DNA from: Burkholderiales bacterium
Lineage (GTDB): Bacteria > Pseudomonadota > Gammaproteobacteria > Burkholderiales > SG8-39
Reading direction: 5' to 3'
DNA: 64,000 nt
NCBI GenBank assembly: GCA_035649875.1
Contig: DASRIR010000337.1
Location: 16,219 to 80,218 of the forward strand
Shown: positions 16,727-25,434 of the stretch, piece after piece
How the letters are laid out: each line of letters begins with the position of its first letter
How positions within the stretch are numbered: the first letter of the stretch is position 1
The notes under the pieces: generated by a model
What the model saw: only the letters and a program-made list of their open reading frames with translations
What the model was told of the DNA's origin: nothing
Databases searched by the model: none
Position numbers and translations under genes: made by a program

Positions 16727-17156
16727 ATGACTGCTTGAACGGCGCGCCCAGGCTTTCGCACTGGCTACGCGCGTACTGGGCGCCGACGCCGAAATCGTCC
16801 GGCCCGCCGTTGACCTGCACGATCTTCTCGTTACGGATGAACACCGTCATCGGATAGAAGCCGGCGTAGGCGCCGGAGCGGTTCTTGTCGTTCACCCAGA
16901 CGCAGGTCGCCCAGCCGTAATGCATCGGACGCAGCGCCACCGCGCGCTGGAACATCTGCTGCGGCTCGGTGCGGAACTCGACGATCGCCGCCTTGGGGTC
17001 GGTGAGCCGCACCGAGAGGTAGCTCGTGATCTCCTCCTTCCAGCGCACCGGGCGCGGGCCGTAGTTGAGCCCTTCGGTCTCCGCCTTGGTGACCGGCGCC
17101 GGGGCGCAGGCGACGAGCACAATGGGGATGATCGTGGCGGCGAGCGCTAGGCGCAT
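16725..17156 (-). CDS. Lipoprotein, function unknown
   Basis: Start MRLALAATIIPIVLVAC (lipobox LVAC) at 17156. The remainder of the 520-aa track ORF is shadow. Confidence 0.6.
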   Translation of the reverse strand: MRLALAATIIPIVLVACAPAPVTKAETEGLNYGPRPVRWKEEITSYLSVRLTDPKAAIVEFRTEPQQMFQRAVALRPMHYGWATCVWVNDKNRSGAYAGFYPMTVFIRNEKIVQVNGGPDDFGVGAQYARSQCESLGAPFKQS

Positions 17157-17186
17157 GGAGCTTCTCCCTCTGGTAAAAGGCGGATT

Positions 17187-17798
17187 ATGCAACGCTGGAT
17201 CGAGCGGCCCGAAGCGCGCTGGGCGCTGTGGGCGGGCGTCGCCGGCGCCCTCGCCACCGCCGCGCTCTCGACGCGGATGATCCTCGCGCACGGCAGCTCG
17301 GGCGCGGCGCTCGGCTTCGTGTTCTTGCCGCTCGTCGCCGCCGCGGCCGCGGTGCCGATCGGTATCTGGGGCGCGGCGCTCGGCCACGTGGTGCTGCACT
17401 TGCGCGGCCGCGCGCCCGAGCCGAAGATCGTGTTCTGGGCCGCGCTCGTCGCCGCCGCTTCGCTGCCGATCGCGGTCGGCAACGAGATCTGGCGCGGCAA
17501 CGCGCTCGAGGCCGCGGTGGCCGAGGTGCGGCAGATGAACGGATTCGACCTGGAGATGGCTTTTCAAAACTCCCAATTTCGCCGGGACAAGTACTTCCTC
17601 GGCGCGCTCGCCCAGCACCCCGCGGCCAGCGCGCACCTCCTCGAGCGCATTGCGCGCCTCGAGGACCCGGCGCTCGCCCAGCCGATGTGGTCGCTCTGGG
17701 ACGTGATGGGCGAGAACCGCCGCGGCGAACCGGTGCTCGCGCTCGCCGCGCGTCACCCCAACGCCACCGAGTCGGTCAAGCGCCGCGCGCCGCGGTAG
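17187..17798 (+). CDS. Hypothetical membrane protein
   Basis: Three to four N-terminal hydrophobic helices followed by a soluble helical C-terminus. No recognisable motif. Confidence 0.45.
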   Translation: MQRWIERPEARWALWAGVAGALATAALSTRMILAHGSSGAALGFVFLPLVAAAAAVPIGIWGAALGHVVLHLRGRAPEPKIVFWAALVAAASLPIAVGNEIWRGNALEAAVAEVRQMNGFDLEMAFQNSQFRRDKYFLGALAQHPAASAHLLERIARLEDPALAQPMWSLWDVMGENRRGEPVLALAARHPNATESVKRRAPR

Positions 17799-18346
17799 AA
17801 AAGCACGATCGCGCCGAGCTGGATCACGTGGTAGAGGTCGTTGTGGTTGAAGTGCTCGTGCAGCTTGAGCCCGCCCGCCTGCACCAGCGCCGCCGCGATC
17901 GAGACCGCGACCCCGGCGACGATCCAGCCGTTGAAGCGCCAGAGGTGCAGGCCCAGCAGGATCAGAAAAGCGATGCCGGTGTCGATCACGACGTAGATGA
18001 ACTCGTCGTGGCGCAGCATCCAGACGCAATAAACGAGGAGCTTGATGGACGCAAGGGCGATCAGCAGGTCGCGCCCCCTGCCGGAAAACGACGCCACCGC
18101 GGAGCCCGCGACCATGCCGAAGCTCGCGCCGCCCGCCGCCAGCAGCGTGGCTTTCCATAAAGCGTCGCTCTTGAGGAAGCCGTGCCAGGTTCCGCCGAGC
18201 AGCGCGGCGAGCGCAAGGCAGATGAACGCGCACGACCAGAGCTTTCTCGACTTCCCGGCGCCGCGGAAAAGCGGCAGCGCGAGCCACGCCGCGACGCCCG
18301 CCAGGAGATAGTCGGTCAGGACCGTGGTCGGTTCGGAAATTGTCAT
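17753..18346 (-). CDS. Integral membrane protein, function unknown
   Basis: Start MTISEPTTVLTDYLLAG; about six predicted TM helices. Last gene of the co-directional chain starting at kefB. Confidence 0.55.
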   Translation of the reverse strand: MTISEPTTVLTDYLLAGVAAWLALPLFRGAGKSRKLWSCAFICLALAALLGGTWHGFLKSDALWKATLLAAGGASFGMVAGSAVASFSGRGRDLLIALASIKLLVYCVWMLRHDEFIYVVIDTGIAFLILLGLHLWRFNGWIVAGVAVSIAAALVQAGGLKLHEHFNHNDLYHVIQLGAIVLFYRGARRLTDSVALG

Positions 18347-18356
18347 GTGATGCGCG

Positions 18357-18740
18357 TCAAGCCTTGAGCCGCTGCCGGTGCGACTCGCCCACCACCAAGA
18401 TGAAGGCGGCAAGCACCCAATGGAAGACGATCGGAATCGGGCGGTCCATGATCAGGACCGCGCGCAGCAGCATCGCCGCGAGGTACACGTAGCCGAAGAT
18501 GAGCCAGGGCCGGGCGAAGAAGCGCCGGGGCCCGTAGAAGTAGCCGCGCTCGCGCGTGAAGTCCACGGAGATCTTGATCATGAGCGCGACGATGAGGAGC
18601 TGCGAGGGCAGCAGGTACTCGTAGGGCAGCAGCCCCGAGTACCAAAGCTCCATCGGGGGCAGCCAGCTCACGCCGAGGAAGGCGACGAGCGCCTGCCCGG
18701 CCACGCGAGCGACGAACAGGGCCGTGAGCGCCCAGAGCAC
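18357..18740 (-). CDS. Integral membrane protein, function unknown (127 aa)
   Basis: Four hydrophobic helices. Starts 13 nt downstream of the flavoprotein stop. Confidence 0.55.
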   Translation of the reverse strand: MLWALTALFVARVAGQALVAFLGVSWLPPMELWYSGLLPYEYLLPSQLLIVALMIKISVDFTRERGYFYGPRRFFARPWLIFGYVYLAAMLLRAVLIMDRPIPIVFHWVLAAFILVVGESHRQRLKA

Positions 18741-18753
18741 GGCGCGCTCCAGG

Positions 18754-20253
18754 CTACTTCTTCTCGTACATCCTTTCGTAATGGCGGTACCACTCGCTCT
18801 GGAAGAGCTTCTGCGGGTCGTACTTGAGCTTCAGCTTGAGGAGCTCCTGCAGCTGCGGAAAGCAGGCGTCCACCTGGCGGCGGATCGCGTAGCGGTTGTA
18901 GGTCGGGAAGTAGCTTCCGCCGTACTTGAGGCCGATGTCGATCAGGCGGCGGAACACGTCGCCCGCCTTGATCAGCCCGCTCGTGGTGTGCTCGACGTGC
19001 ACGTTGAAGATCACGCACGCGTAGGGCCGGCGCGCCCAGGCGAGGAAGCTCTCGCGGTCCTGCTCGATCAGGCGGATGGTGCCGTAGATGATGTCGACCT
19101 TGTCGCGCCGCGCGTATTCGCGCACCTCGCCCATGAAGCGCTCGAGCATCTCGCGCTCGCAGTAGATCTCGGTGATCGCCTCGGTCGCGCGCACCTGCGC
19201 GCCGACGCGCTGGTCGAGCGCGCGGTGGTAGTTCTCGGGATACACGCTCATCTGGGCTTCGTCGGACCAGTAGATCTGGCCGTTGGTCGCGACGTAGCGG
19301 CCGGCGTAGCGCCGGAAGGCCTCGGCCTTGGCGTGGTGCGCGAGCGTGAGCAGCTCGACCCAGTCGCGCTCCTGCAGGTCCTTCTGGCCGCTCGGCACCG
19401 GCGTCGCCGGGTCGACCGGGCGATAGCACGAGAACACGCCGCGGCGCAGGAAGTCGTCCGAGCTCTCGTCGATCGCGTACTGGAAGTCGCCGTACAGGAA
19501 GCCGTCGTGGACGCGGTCGCCGAAGCCCTTCATCAGGCCATCGACCGAGCGCACCTCGACCACGCGCTCGAGCTTGCGCCGCTCGACCAGGCGCAGCGTC
19601 GCCGAGGTGATCAGGCCGAACAGGCCGTAGCCGCCGATCGCCAGGCGGAAGAGCTCGGCGTTCTCGGTGCGGCTGCAGTTCACCACCTCGCCCTTGGCGG
19701 TGAGCAGGCGGAACGACTCGACGTCGCCGATGAACGGCGGCATCTTCAGCCCGCGGCCGTGGATGTTGGCCGAGAGCGCGCCGCCGATGGTGAGCTTGTC
19801 GGCGCCGGTCTGCTTCTGCGCGAAGGTCCATTGCCGCTCGCGGCCCTTCTGCTGGCTCACGAGCTGCTGCAGGAGCTGCGGCCACTGGATCCCGGTCTCG
19901 ACCTCGATGTGGCCCTTCTCCAGGTCGAAGCCGAGCACGCGGTTCATGCGCCGCGTGTCGATCATCAGGCCGTCGTGCAGGAACTGCTGCCCACCCATCG
20001 CGTGGCGTGCGCCCGAGATGCAGATCGCGCGCTCTTCCTTCTGCGCGGTCTTGAGCGCGGCGCGCAGGTTGTCGAGCGTGTCGGGCTGCACGATGCGCCA
20101 GACGCGCGAGGAATTGAGCTGCGAGTGGACGTCGTTGACGAGGATTCCCGGCGGGTCCTTCTTCAGGTCTTTCTTGAGCGCCTGCGGCAGGACGCTCGAC
20201 GGCCAGGCCGCGCCGGCAAGCGTGATCCCCAGGAAGTCTCTACGGCGGAACAG
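18754..20253 (-). CDS. FAD-binding (PCMH-type) oxidoreductase with Tat signal; probable CTG start
   Basis: FAD_binding_4-like body (ISGARHAMGGQQF). In frame upstream of the first GTG (20091) lie 54 codons encoding FRRRDFLGITLAGAAWPSS and ILVNDVHSQLN. A CTG at 20253-20251 sits 8 nt after GAGGAG. Confidence 0.7.
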   Translation of the reverse strand: MFRRRDFLGITLAGAAWPSSVLPQALKKDLKKDPPGILVNDVHSQLNSSRVWRIVQPDTLDNLRAALKTAQKEERAICISGARHAMGGQQFLHDGLMIDTRRMNRVLGFDLEKGHIEVETGIQWPQLLQQLVSQQKGRERQWTFAQKQTGADKLTIGGALSANIHGRGLKMPPFIGDVESFRLLTAKGEVVNCSRTENAELFRLAIGGYGLFGLITSATLRLVERRKLERVVEVRSVDGLMKGFGDRVHDGFLYGDFQYAIDESSDDFLRRGVFSCYRPVDPATPVPSGQKDLQERDWVELLTLAHHAKAEAFRRYAGRYVATNGQIYWSDEAQMSVYPENYHRALDQRVGAQVRATEAITEIYCEREMLERFMGEVREYARRDKVDIIYGTIRLIEQDRESFLAWARRPYACVIFNVHVEHTTSGLIKAGDVFRRLIDIGLKYGGSYFPTYNRYAIRRQVDACFPQLQELLKLKLKYDPQKLFQSEWYRHYERMYEKK

Positions 20254-20255
20254 GC

Positions 20256-20525
20256 CTACAGCTCCTCGTTCCGAGTCGGGGAGGTGCCTTTCTTCGGCCG
20301 GCCGGGCCGGTTGGTGAGCGCGAAGATGCGCAGCGGCGGCACCGGCGGCGGGGCTTCCATGAAGCGGCAGTCCGACTCGGTCGGCACGCTCATCAGCGCG
20401 CCGATCTTGCGGCCGTTGAGCATCACGGTGTAGCGCAGCATGTGCGCCGAGCCGTAGAGGGGCTGCGCCACGATGTCGTACTTGCCGAGCCTGTACTGCT
20501 TGCGTTCGAGCAACGGAAGGGCCAT
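20256..20525 (-). CDS. Small AT-hook-like protein (89 aa), paralog of 15209-15499
   Basis: MALPLLERKQYRLGKYDIVAQPLYGSAHMLRYTVMLNGRKIGALMSVPTESDCRFMEAPPPVPPLRIFALTNRPGRPKKGT. Confidence 0.7.
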   Translation of the reverse strand: MALPLLERKQYRLGKYDIVAQPLYGSAHMLRYTVMLNGRKIGALMSVPTESDCRFMEAPPPVPPLRIFALTNRPGRPKKGTSPTRNEEL

Positions 20526-20527
20526 GG

Positions 20528-20836
20528 CTATTTCTTCGCCACGAACACGCTCGACAGGTCGACCTCGTCGAGCTTGACCGCGGCCTTGTTCGCCGCCTCG
20601 ATCTGCGCCTTCATGCGGTCGGTTTCCCGCGTCGCCTGCTCGAAGGCGTCGGCGAGCTTGAAGCTGAACGCGGCGAGCGCCTTGGGATCGGGCTTCTTCG
20701 CCTCCGACGAGGCGAGCGTGCCGTAGACCCGGCTCGAGAGCTGGATGAAGATTCGTTCGGCCAGGTCGACGTACGCGTCCTTGTGTGGGCTGGCTGACGG
20801 CTTCGCCGTCGGCGCTTCCTTGGCGGGTGCGCTCAT
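20528..20836 (-). CDS. Hypothetical protein (102 aa), helical, Lys/Ala-rich
   Basis: The ATG overlaps the kefB-like stop (ATGA). Its stop lies 2 nt before the next start. No recognisable motif. Confidence 0.55.
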   Translation of the reverse strand: MSAPAKEAPTAKPSASPHKDAYVDLAERIFIQLSSRVYGTLASSEAKKPDPKALAAFSFKLADAFEQATRETDRMKAQIEAANKAAVKLDEVDLSSVFVAKK

Positions 20837-22668
20837 GGTCGTTCCGGTTTGATTTCCGCAATCCTACGCTGATCTTCGCTCAGGGTGCGAGCGAGTTGGT
20901 CACGCAGCTCGTTGGATACCGTGACGTGGGCGTCGGGCCGGGTGCGGTGCACTTCGTAGAGCTTCGCCACCACCTCGACGTCGTGCTCGGCGAAGGTCTC
21001 CGCGGTGCGGCGCGCGCGCTCCGCGTCCTTGCTCGCCTGGGCCACCGCGAGCTCGCCGAGCTTGAGCGCCGAGAGCCAGGTCTCGCGCTCGATGGTCTCC
21101 ACGCCGAGGTCGCGCAGCCTGAACACGTGGCGCATGTCGTGCGCGCGCGCGATCACGCGCAGCTGGGGGAAGTGCGCGCGGGCGATGTGCGCGAGCCGGG
21201 TGGTGGCGTCGGCGTCGTCGAGCGCGATCACCAGGAAGTCCGCGCTGTCGGCGCCCGCCGCGTGCAGAAGGTCGAGGCGGGTGGCGTCGCCGTAGAACAC
21301 GCGGAAGCCGAACTTGCGCGACTGCTCGACGTGGTCGGGATCGTCGTCGAGCACCGTGGGCACGTAGCCCGCGGCGTGCAGCATGCGCGCCACCACCTGG
21401 CCGACGCGCCCGAGGCCCGCGACGATCACCTTGCCCTCCTGGGGCACGTCGGGTGCGCGCTCCTGCGCCGGCGCGGCGAAGAAGCGCGGCGCCAGGTGGT
21501 CGTGCAGCGCGAGCAGGAACGGCGTGAGCAGCATCGAGATCGCCACCGCCAGGGTGATCGCCTGCGCGACCGGGTCGGCGATGCCGCCGTGCGTCACCGC
21601 GACGCCGAGCAGCACGAAGGCGAACTCGCCGCCCTGCGCGAGCAGCAGGACGAAGAGCGCGCGCTCGGCGCGCGGGATGCGCGTGAAGTGGCCGATCAGC
21701 CAGAGCACGGCGCCCTTGAGGACGAAGAGGCCGATGATCAGCCCGAACACGAGCCACGGCGAGGACACCAGCACCGAGAAGTCCGCGCTCATGCCGACCG
21801 CAATGAAGAACAGTCCGAGCAGGAGCCCCTTGAACGGCTCGACCGCGGCCTCGATCTCGTGGCGGTATTCCGACTCGGCGAGGAGCACCCCGCCGAGGAA
21901 CGCGCCGAGCGCCATCGACATCCCGGCGTGCTCGAAGCCGAGCGCGATCACCAGCACCAGGAGCAGCGCGAATGCGGTGAAGATCTCGCGCAGCCGCGTG
22001 CGCGCGATGTGGCGGAACACCGGCCGCGCCAGGAGGCGCCCGCCGCCCAGCGTCACCACGATCACCGCCGCCGCGAGCCCGAGCTTGGGCCACGAGAAGC
22101 CGGACCCGCCTTCGCCCGCGCCGAGCAGCGGCAGGACCGCGAGCATCGGGATCACCGCGATGTCCTGGAACAGCAGCACCGCGAAGGTTCCCTGGCCGCC
22201 CTGCGTAGCGAGCGCGCCGCGCTCCGTGAGTGGGGTGAGCGCGAGCGCGGTCGAGGAGAGCGAGAGCGCCATGCCGGCGATCAGCGCGACGCGCAGGTCG
22301 AAGCCGAGCGCCCAGCCGACCCCGGCGATGAGCGCGATCGATCCCAGCACCTGCGCCAGCCCGAGGCCGAGGAGCTTGGCGCGCATGTTCCACAGGCGCT
22401 TGGGCTCGAGCTCGAGGCCGATCACGAACAGCAGCATCACCACGCCGAGCTCGGCGAACGCCCGGATATGGTCCGCGGTCCCGACCAGCTGGAAGCCCCA
22501 GGGGCCGATCGCGATCCCGGCGAGCAGGTAGCCGGCGACCGAGCCGAGCCCCAATTTGTGAGAAATCATCACCGCGGCCACCGCGGCGGCGAAATAGAGG
22601 CTCGCCTGGACTAAAAAGTCATTGCCGTGCTCCACGGGCGAAGTATATTTGCAGTGGGAGGGAACCAA
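20833..22668 (-). CDS. Glutathione-regulated K+ efflux / CPA2 antiporter (KefB/KefC-like) with RCK/TrkA-N domain
   Basis: Na_H exchanger TM core (LGLGSVAGYLLAGIAIGPWG) plus the Rossmann motif VIVAGLGRVGQ. The start may be the GTG at 22635 rather than the TTG at 22668. Confidence 0.85.
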   Translation of the reverse strand: MVPSHCKYTSPVEHGNDFLVQASLYFAAAVAAVMISHKLGLGSVAGYLLAGIAIGPWGFQLVGTADHIRAFAELGVVMLLFVIGLELEPKRLWNMRAKLLGLGLAQVLGSIALIAGVGWALGFDLRVALIAGMALSLSSTALALTPLTERGALATQGGQGTFAVLLFQDIAVIPMLAVLPLLGAGEGGSGFSWPKLGLAAAVIVVTLGGGRLLARPVFRHIARTRLREIFTAFALLLVLVIALGFEHAGMSMALGAFLGGVLLAESEYRHEIEAAVEPFKGLLLGLFFIAVGMSADFSVLVSSPWLVFGLIIGLFVLKGAVLWLIGHFTRIPRAERALFVLLLAQGGEFAFVLLGVAVTHGGIADPVAQAITLAVAISMLLTPFLLALHDHLAPRFFAAPAQERAPDVPQEGKVIVAGLGRVGQVVARMLHAAGYVPTVLDDDPDHVEQSRKFGFRVFYGDATRLDLLHAAGADSADFLVIALDDADATTRLAHIARAHFPQLRVIARAHDMRHVFRLRDLGVETIERETWLSALKLGELAVAQASKDAERARRTAETFAEHDVEVVAKLYEVHRTRPDAHVTVSNELRDQLARTLSEDQRRIAEIKPERP

Positions 22669-22670
22669 GA

Positions 22671-22964
22671 ATGAACTCGGCCGAAGCCGAGCTGCAAGGG
22701 AGCGTGGCGCGCCTCTTCGCGCGCCGGCCGGAGCTCTGGCGCTTCACGGTGCGCGACCGCACCATGCTGCCGGACAACCTCGATCCGACCGTGCTGACCG
22801 GCGAATTCTTCATCTTCGAGATCGGCCTCTCGCCGCGCCAGGGCAAGGAGCACTACAACGAGGTCTACGACGAGATCGCGCGCGCCATCACCGCCGCGGT
22901 GGCGGCGCGGCCGGAAGCACGCAAGCTCCTTCCGGGGCGCACTTTCATGAGGGCCTTGCATTAG
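22671..22964 (+). CDS. Small protein, paralog family member P2 (97 aa)
   Basis: LFARRPELWRFTVRD ... FFIFEIGLSP ... YNEVYDEIARAI ... LLPGRTFMRALH-stop. A sigma70-like TTGCCG-16-TATATT and GGGAGGGA SD lie upstream. Confidence 0.75.
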   Translation: MNSAEAELQGSVARLFARRPELWRFTVRDRTMLPDNLDPTVLTGEFFIFEIGLSPRQGKEHYNEVYDEIARAITAAVAARPEARKLLPGRTFMRALH

Positions 22965-23007
22965 AGGCATGCGGCACACGGAGTAAGCAGTGCAGTAGAC
23001 TTTCCGC

Positions 23008-23796
23008 ATGCAGGCGGCCATTCCCTACACGCTGGAAACGGGCGAGAAGCTCGTCAACGAGACCTTCGGCCCGAACAACATCCGCCGGCGCACGAGCGGC
23101 GCCCAGCAGCTTTTCCCGATGGAAGTCACCGACGGCCGGGGCCAGAAGACCTCGCTCGACGAGAACGGCTTCGTGTTCGTCGAGCACAGAACCGCAGTGC
23201 GGGACTTCTTGGCCAAGACGGAACTCGAGAACATCTATTACCCGGAAGTTGCCGCGCTGATCGCGCAGATCTCGGGCGCAAGGCGGGTGCACGTGTTCGA
23301 CCACACGCTGCGCTCGGGCGACGAAGGCGAGCGCGAGGCGAAGCTCTTGCGCGAGCCGGTGCTGTCGGCGCACAACGATTACACCGAGTGGTCGGGGCCG
23401 AACAGGGTGCGCGAGCTGCTACCGGACGAGGCCGACGGGCTCCTGAAAAAACGGTTCGCGATCATCCAGGTCTGGCGCGCGATCAACCAGCCGATCGAGT
23501 CGAATCCGCTCGCGATCGCGGACGCGAAGAGCGTCGCGCCCGAGGACCTGCTCATTGCCGAGCGCCGCTATCCGCATCGCGTCGGCCAGACCTACCGGCT
23601 GAAGCACAGCCCGCTCCACCGCTGGTTCTACTTCCCGCGCATGCGGCGCGACGAGGCGCTGGTGTTCAAGGTCTACGACTCGGAGAAGGACGGGCGCGCT
23701 CGCTTTACCCCGCACACCTCGTTCGACGACCCTTCGACCCCGCCCGGCGCGGCGCCCCGGCAAAGCATCGAGGCGCGCGCGCTGGCGTTTTTCTAG
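23008..23796 (+). CDS. CmcJ/NvfI-family oxidoreductase-like protein
   Basis: Family-typical HVFDHT.R, AHNDYT and IQVWR motifs as I recall them. Confidence 0.6.
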   Translation: MQAAIPYTLETGEKLVNETFGPNNIRRRTSGAQQLFPMEVTDGRGQKTSLDENGFVFVEHRTAVRDFLAKTELENIYYPEVAALIAQISGARRVHVFDHTLRSGDEGEREAKLLREPVLSAHNDYTEWSGPNRVRELLPDEADGLLKKRFAIIQVWRAINQPIESNPLAIADAKSVAPEDLLIAERRYPHRVGQTYRLKHSPLHRWFYFPRMRRDEALVFKVYDSEKDGRARFTPHTSFDDPSTPPGAAPRQSIEARALAFF

Positions 23797-25046
23797 AGCG
23801 TGGGTCGCTTGGGCTTGCGCGCGAAGAAGAAGAACCCGGAGCCGAGCGCGGCGAGCACCGCGATGATGGTGAAGCCGACGCGGTAGTTGCCGGTGATGTC
23901 GGCGAAGATGCCGGGAATGATCGGCCCGCCGACCTGCCCGACCACGATGATCATGAACGAGAGGCCCAGGATCATGCCGATCGCCCTGCGGCCGAAGTAG
24001 TCGGCGCGGATCGCCTGCATGAACGGCCCGCGCAGGCCCCAGGCGGTGCCGTGCAGCACCGCGAAGGCGACGACCATCAGCCAGTTGACGGCGTAGGTGA
24101 GCAGTAAGAGGCCGAGCGCATGCGCGAGCATGCACATGCCCGCGATCAACCGCTTGCGGTAGCGGTCGCCGATCCACCAGCCGAGCAGCACGCCGCCGAT
24201 CTGGCAGAAAGTGACCAGGCTGATCGCGAGCGAAGCCGCGGCGATCGAATAGCCGAGGCCTTCCTTGAGGTGCGTGATCGCGTGCACCGAGACCGCGTGC
24301 ACCACGAAGAGGGCGAAACCATGCCCGAGCGAGATCAGCCAGAAGGCCGAGGTGCGCAGCGCCTCGGCCGCGGTGAAGTCGCGGGTTCCGTCGGGGGTTT
24401 CGGCGCTGGAGCCCACGGTTTGCGTTTCCGGCGGCACGCCGTCGACGACTTCCCCGTGCTCGTGCGGGCTGTTGCGGATCACCAGGGCGAGCGGTAAACC
24501 GACGCAGATCATGAGCACGCCCGAGGCGAGCGCGGTGGGGCGCCAGCCGAAGGTGGTGAGCGAGGAGGCGACGAGGGGCACCATGATGCCGCCGAAGGCA
24601 AGGCCGATCGACATCGACGACAGCGCGCGCGCGCGCTTGCGCTCGAACCAGTGGATGAGCGCCACGTTGAGGGGGAAGAAGCCGCACAGGCTCGAGCCGA
24701 GCGCGATCACGATGAAGGCGCCGTAGAACGTGGGGAGGGATTCCACCTGCGACAGCAGGCACAGGCCCAGTCCGAAAACCACCACGCCCGAGCGCACGAA
24801 CGCCTTCGGCCCGAAGCGGTCGATCGCCCAGCCGAGCACCGGGCCGAGCAGCGCGACTTCCATCTGCTGCAGGGCGGCCGCGCCGGAGAGCGCGGTCTTG
24901 CTCCAGCCCTGCTCGTCGGCGAGCACCGCGAGGTAGGCGCCGAATGCCTGGGTGACGAGCCCCGCCTGGAGGAACTGCAGGCCAACCGCAGCGCCGACCA
25001 TGTACCAGCCGTAAAAGATCTTTCGAGGCGGATTCGCGTCGCTCAA
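23793..25046 (-). CDS. MFS transporter
   Basis: Twelve-TM profile. N-terminus ...RKIFYGWYMVGAAV is typical of the OFA-like MFS. The TTG start at 25046 was chosen; the upstream part of the track ORF looks non-coding. Confidence 0.75.
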   Translation of the reverse strand: MSDANPPRKIFYGWYMVGAAVGLQFLQAGLVTQAFGAYLAVLADEQGWSKTALSGAAALQQMEVALLGPVLGWAIDRFGPKAFVRSGVVVFGLGLCLLSQVESLPTFYGAFIVIALGSSLCGFFPLNVALIHWFERKRARALSSMSIGLAFGGIMVPLVASSLTTFGWRPTALASGVLMICVGLPLALVIRNSPHEHGEVVDGVPPETQTVGSSAETPDGTRDFTAAEALRTSAFWLISLGHGFALFVVHAVSVHAITHLKEGLGYSIAAASLAISLVTFCQIGGVLLGWWIGDRYRKRLIAGMCMLAHALGLLLLTYAVNWLMVVAFAVLHGTAWGLRGPFMQAIRADYFGRRAIGMILGLSFMIIVVGQVGGPIIPGIFADITGNYRVGFTIIAVLAALGSGFFFFARKPKRPTL

Positions 25047-25104
25047 GCACGACAGGATACCGCCCTGTATTACCCGTGGGTCCGTTCCTTGCGGTAGGCA
25101 GGGC

Positions 25105-25434
25105 ATGAAACCCGCCCAGCTCGGAACACTCAACGCGGATCTGGCCCCGATCGAAGAGGACCTGGCGCTGCGCATCGACGCGATCTTCGACCGCTGCCCG
25201 CAGCTCTTCGGCTTCACGGTGCAGGATTCCTCGGCGCTGCCCGAGGAGCTGCGTGCCATTGCGCTCGAGCGCGAGCTGGTGGTGAGCGATATCGGCGTCT
25301 ACCCGTACCTCAACGCCGACCAGTGCGAGCAGATTTACAACGAGATCGCGGTCGCGCTGCTCGACTTCATGTTCGAGCGGCCGGCTGCAAAAGACGTGCT
25401 ACGCGGGCGTACGTTCGTCCGCTCGTTGCACTAG
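25105..25434 (+). CDS. Small protein, paralog family member P3 (109 aa)
   Basis: IFDRCPQLFGFTVQD ... LVVSDIGVYP ... IYNEIAVAL ... VLRGRTFVRSLH-stop. Confidence 0.75.
   Translation: MKPAQLGTLNADLAPIEEDLALRIDAIFDRCPQLFGFTVQDSSALPEELRAIALERELVVSDIGVYPYLNADQCEQIYNEIAVALLDFMFERPAAKDVLRGRTFVRSLH

Noticed and set aside
20785-22614. 609-aa plus-strand ORF, and the 497-aa alternative minus-frame ORF at 20900-22393, overlapping the kefB-like gene
   Set aside because: Both are shadow or alternative-frame ORFs with Arg-rich composition. The 611-aa minus frame has the CPA2 and RCK motifs.
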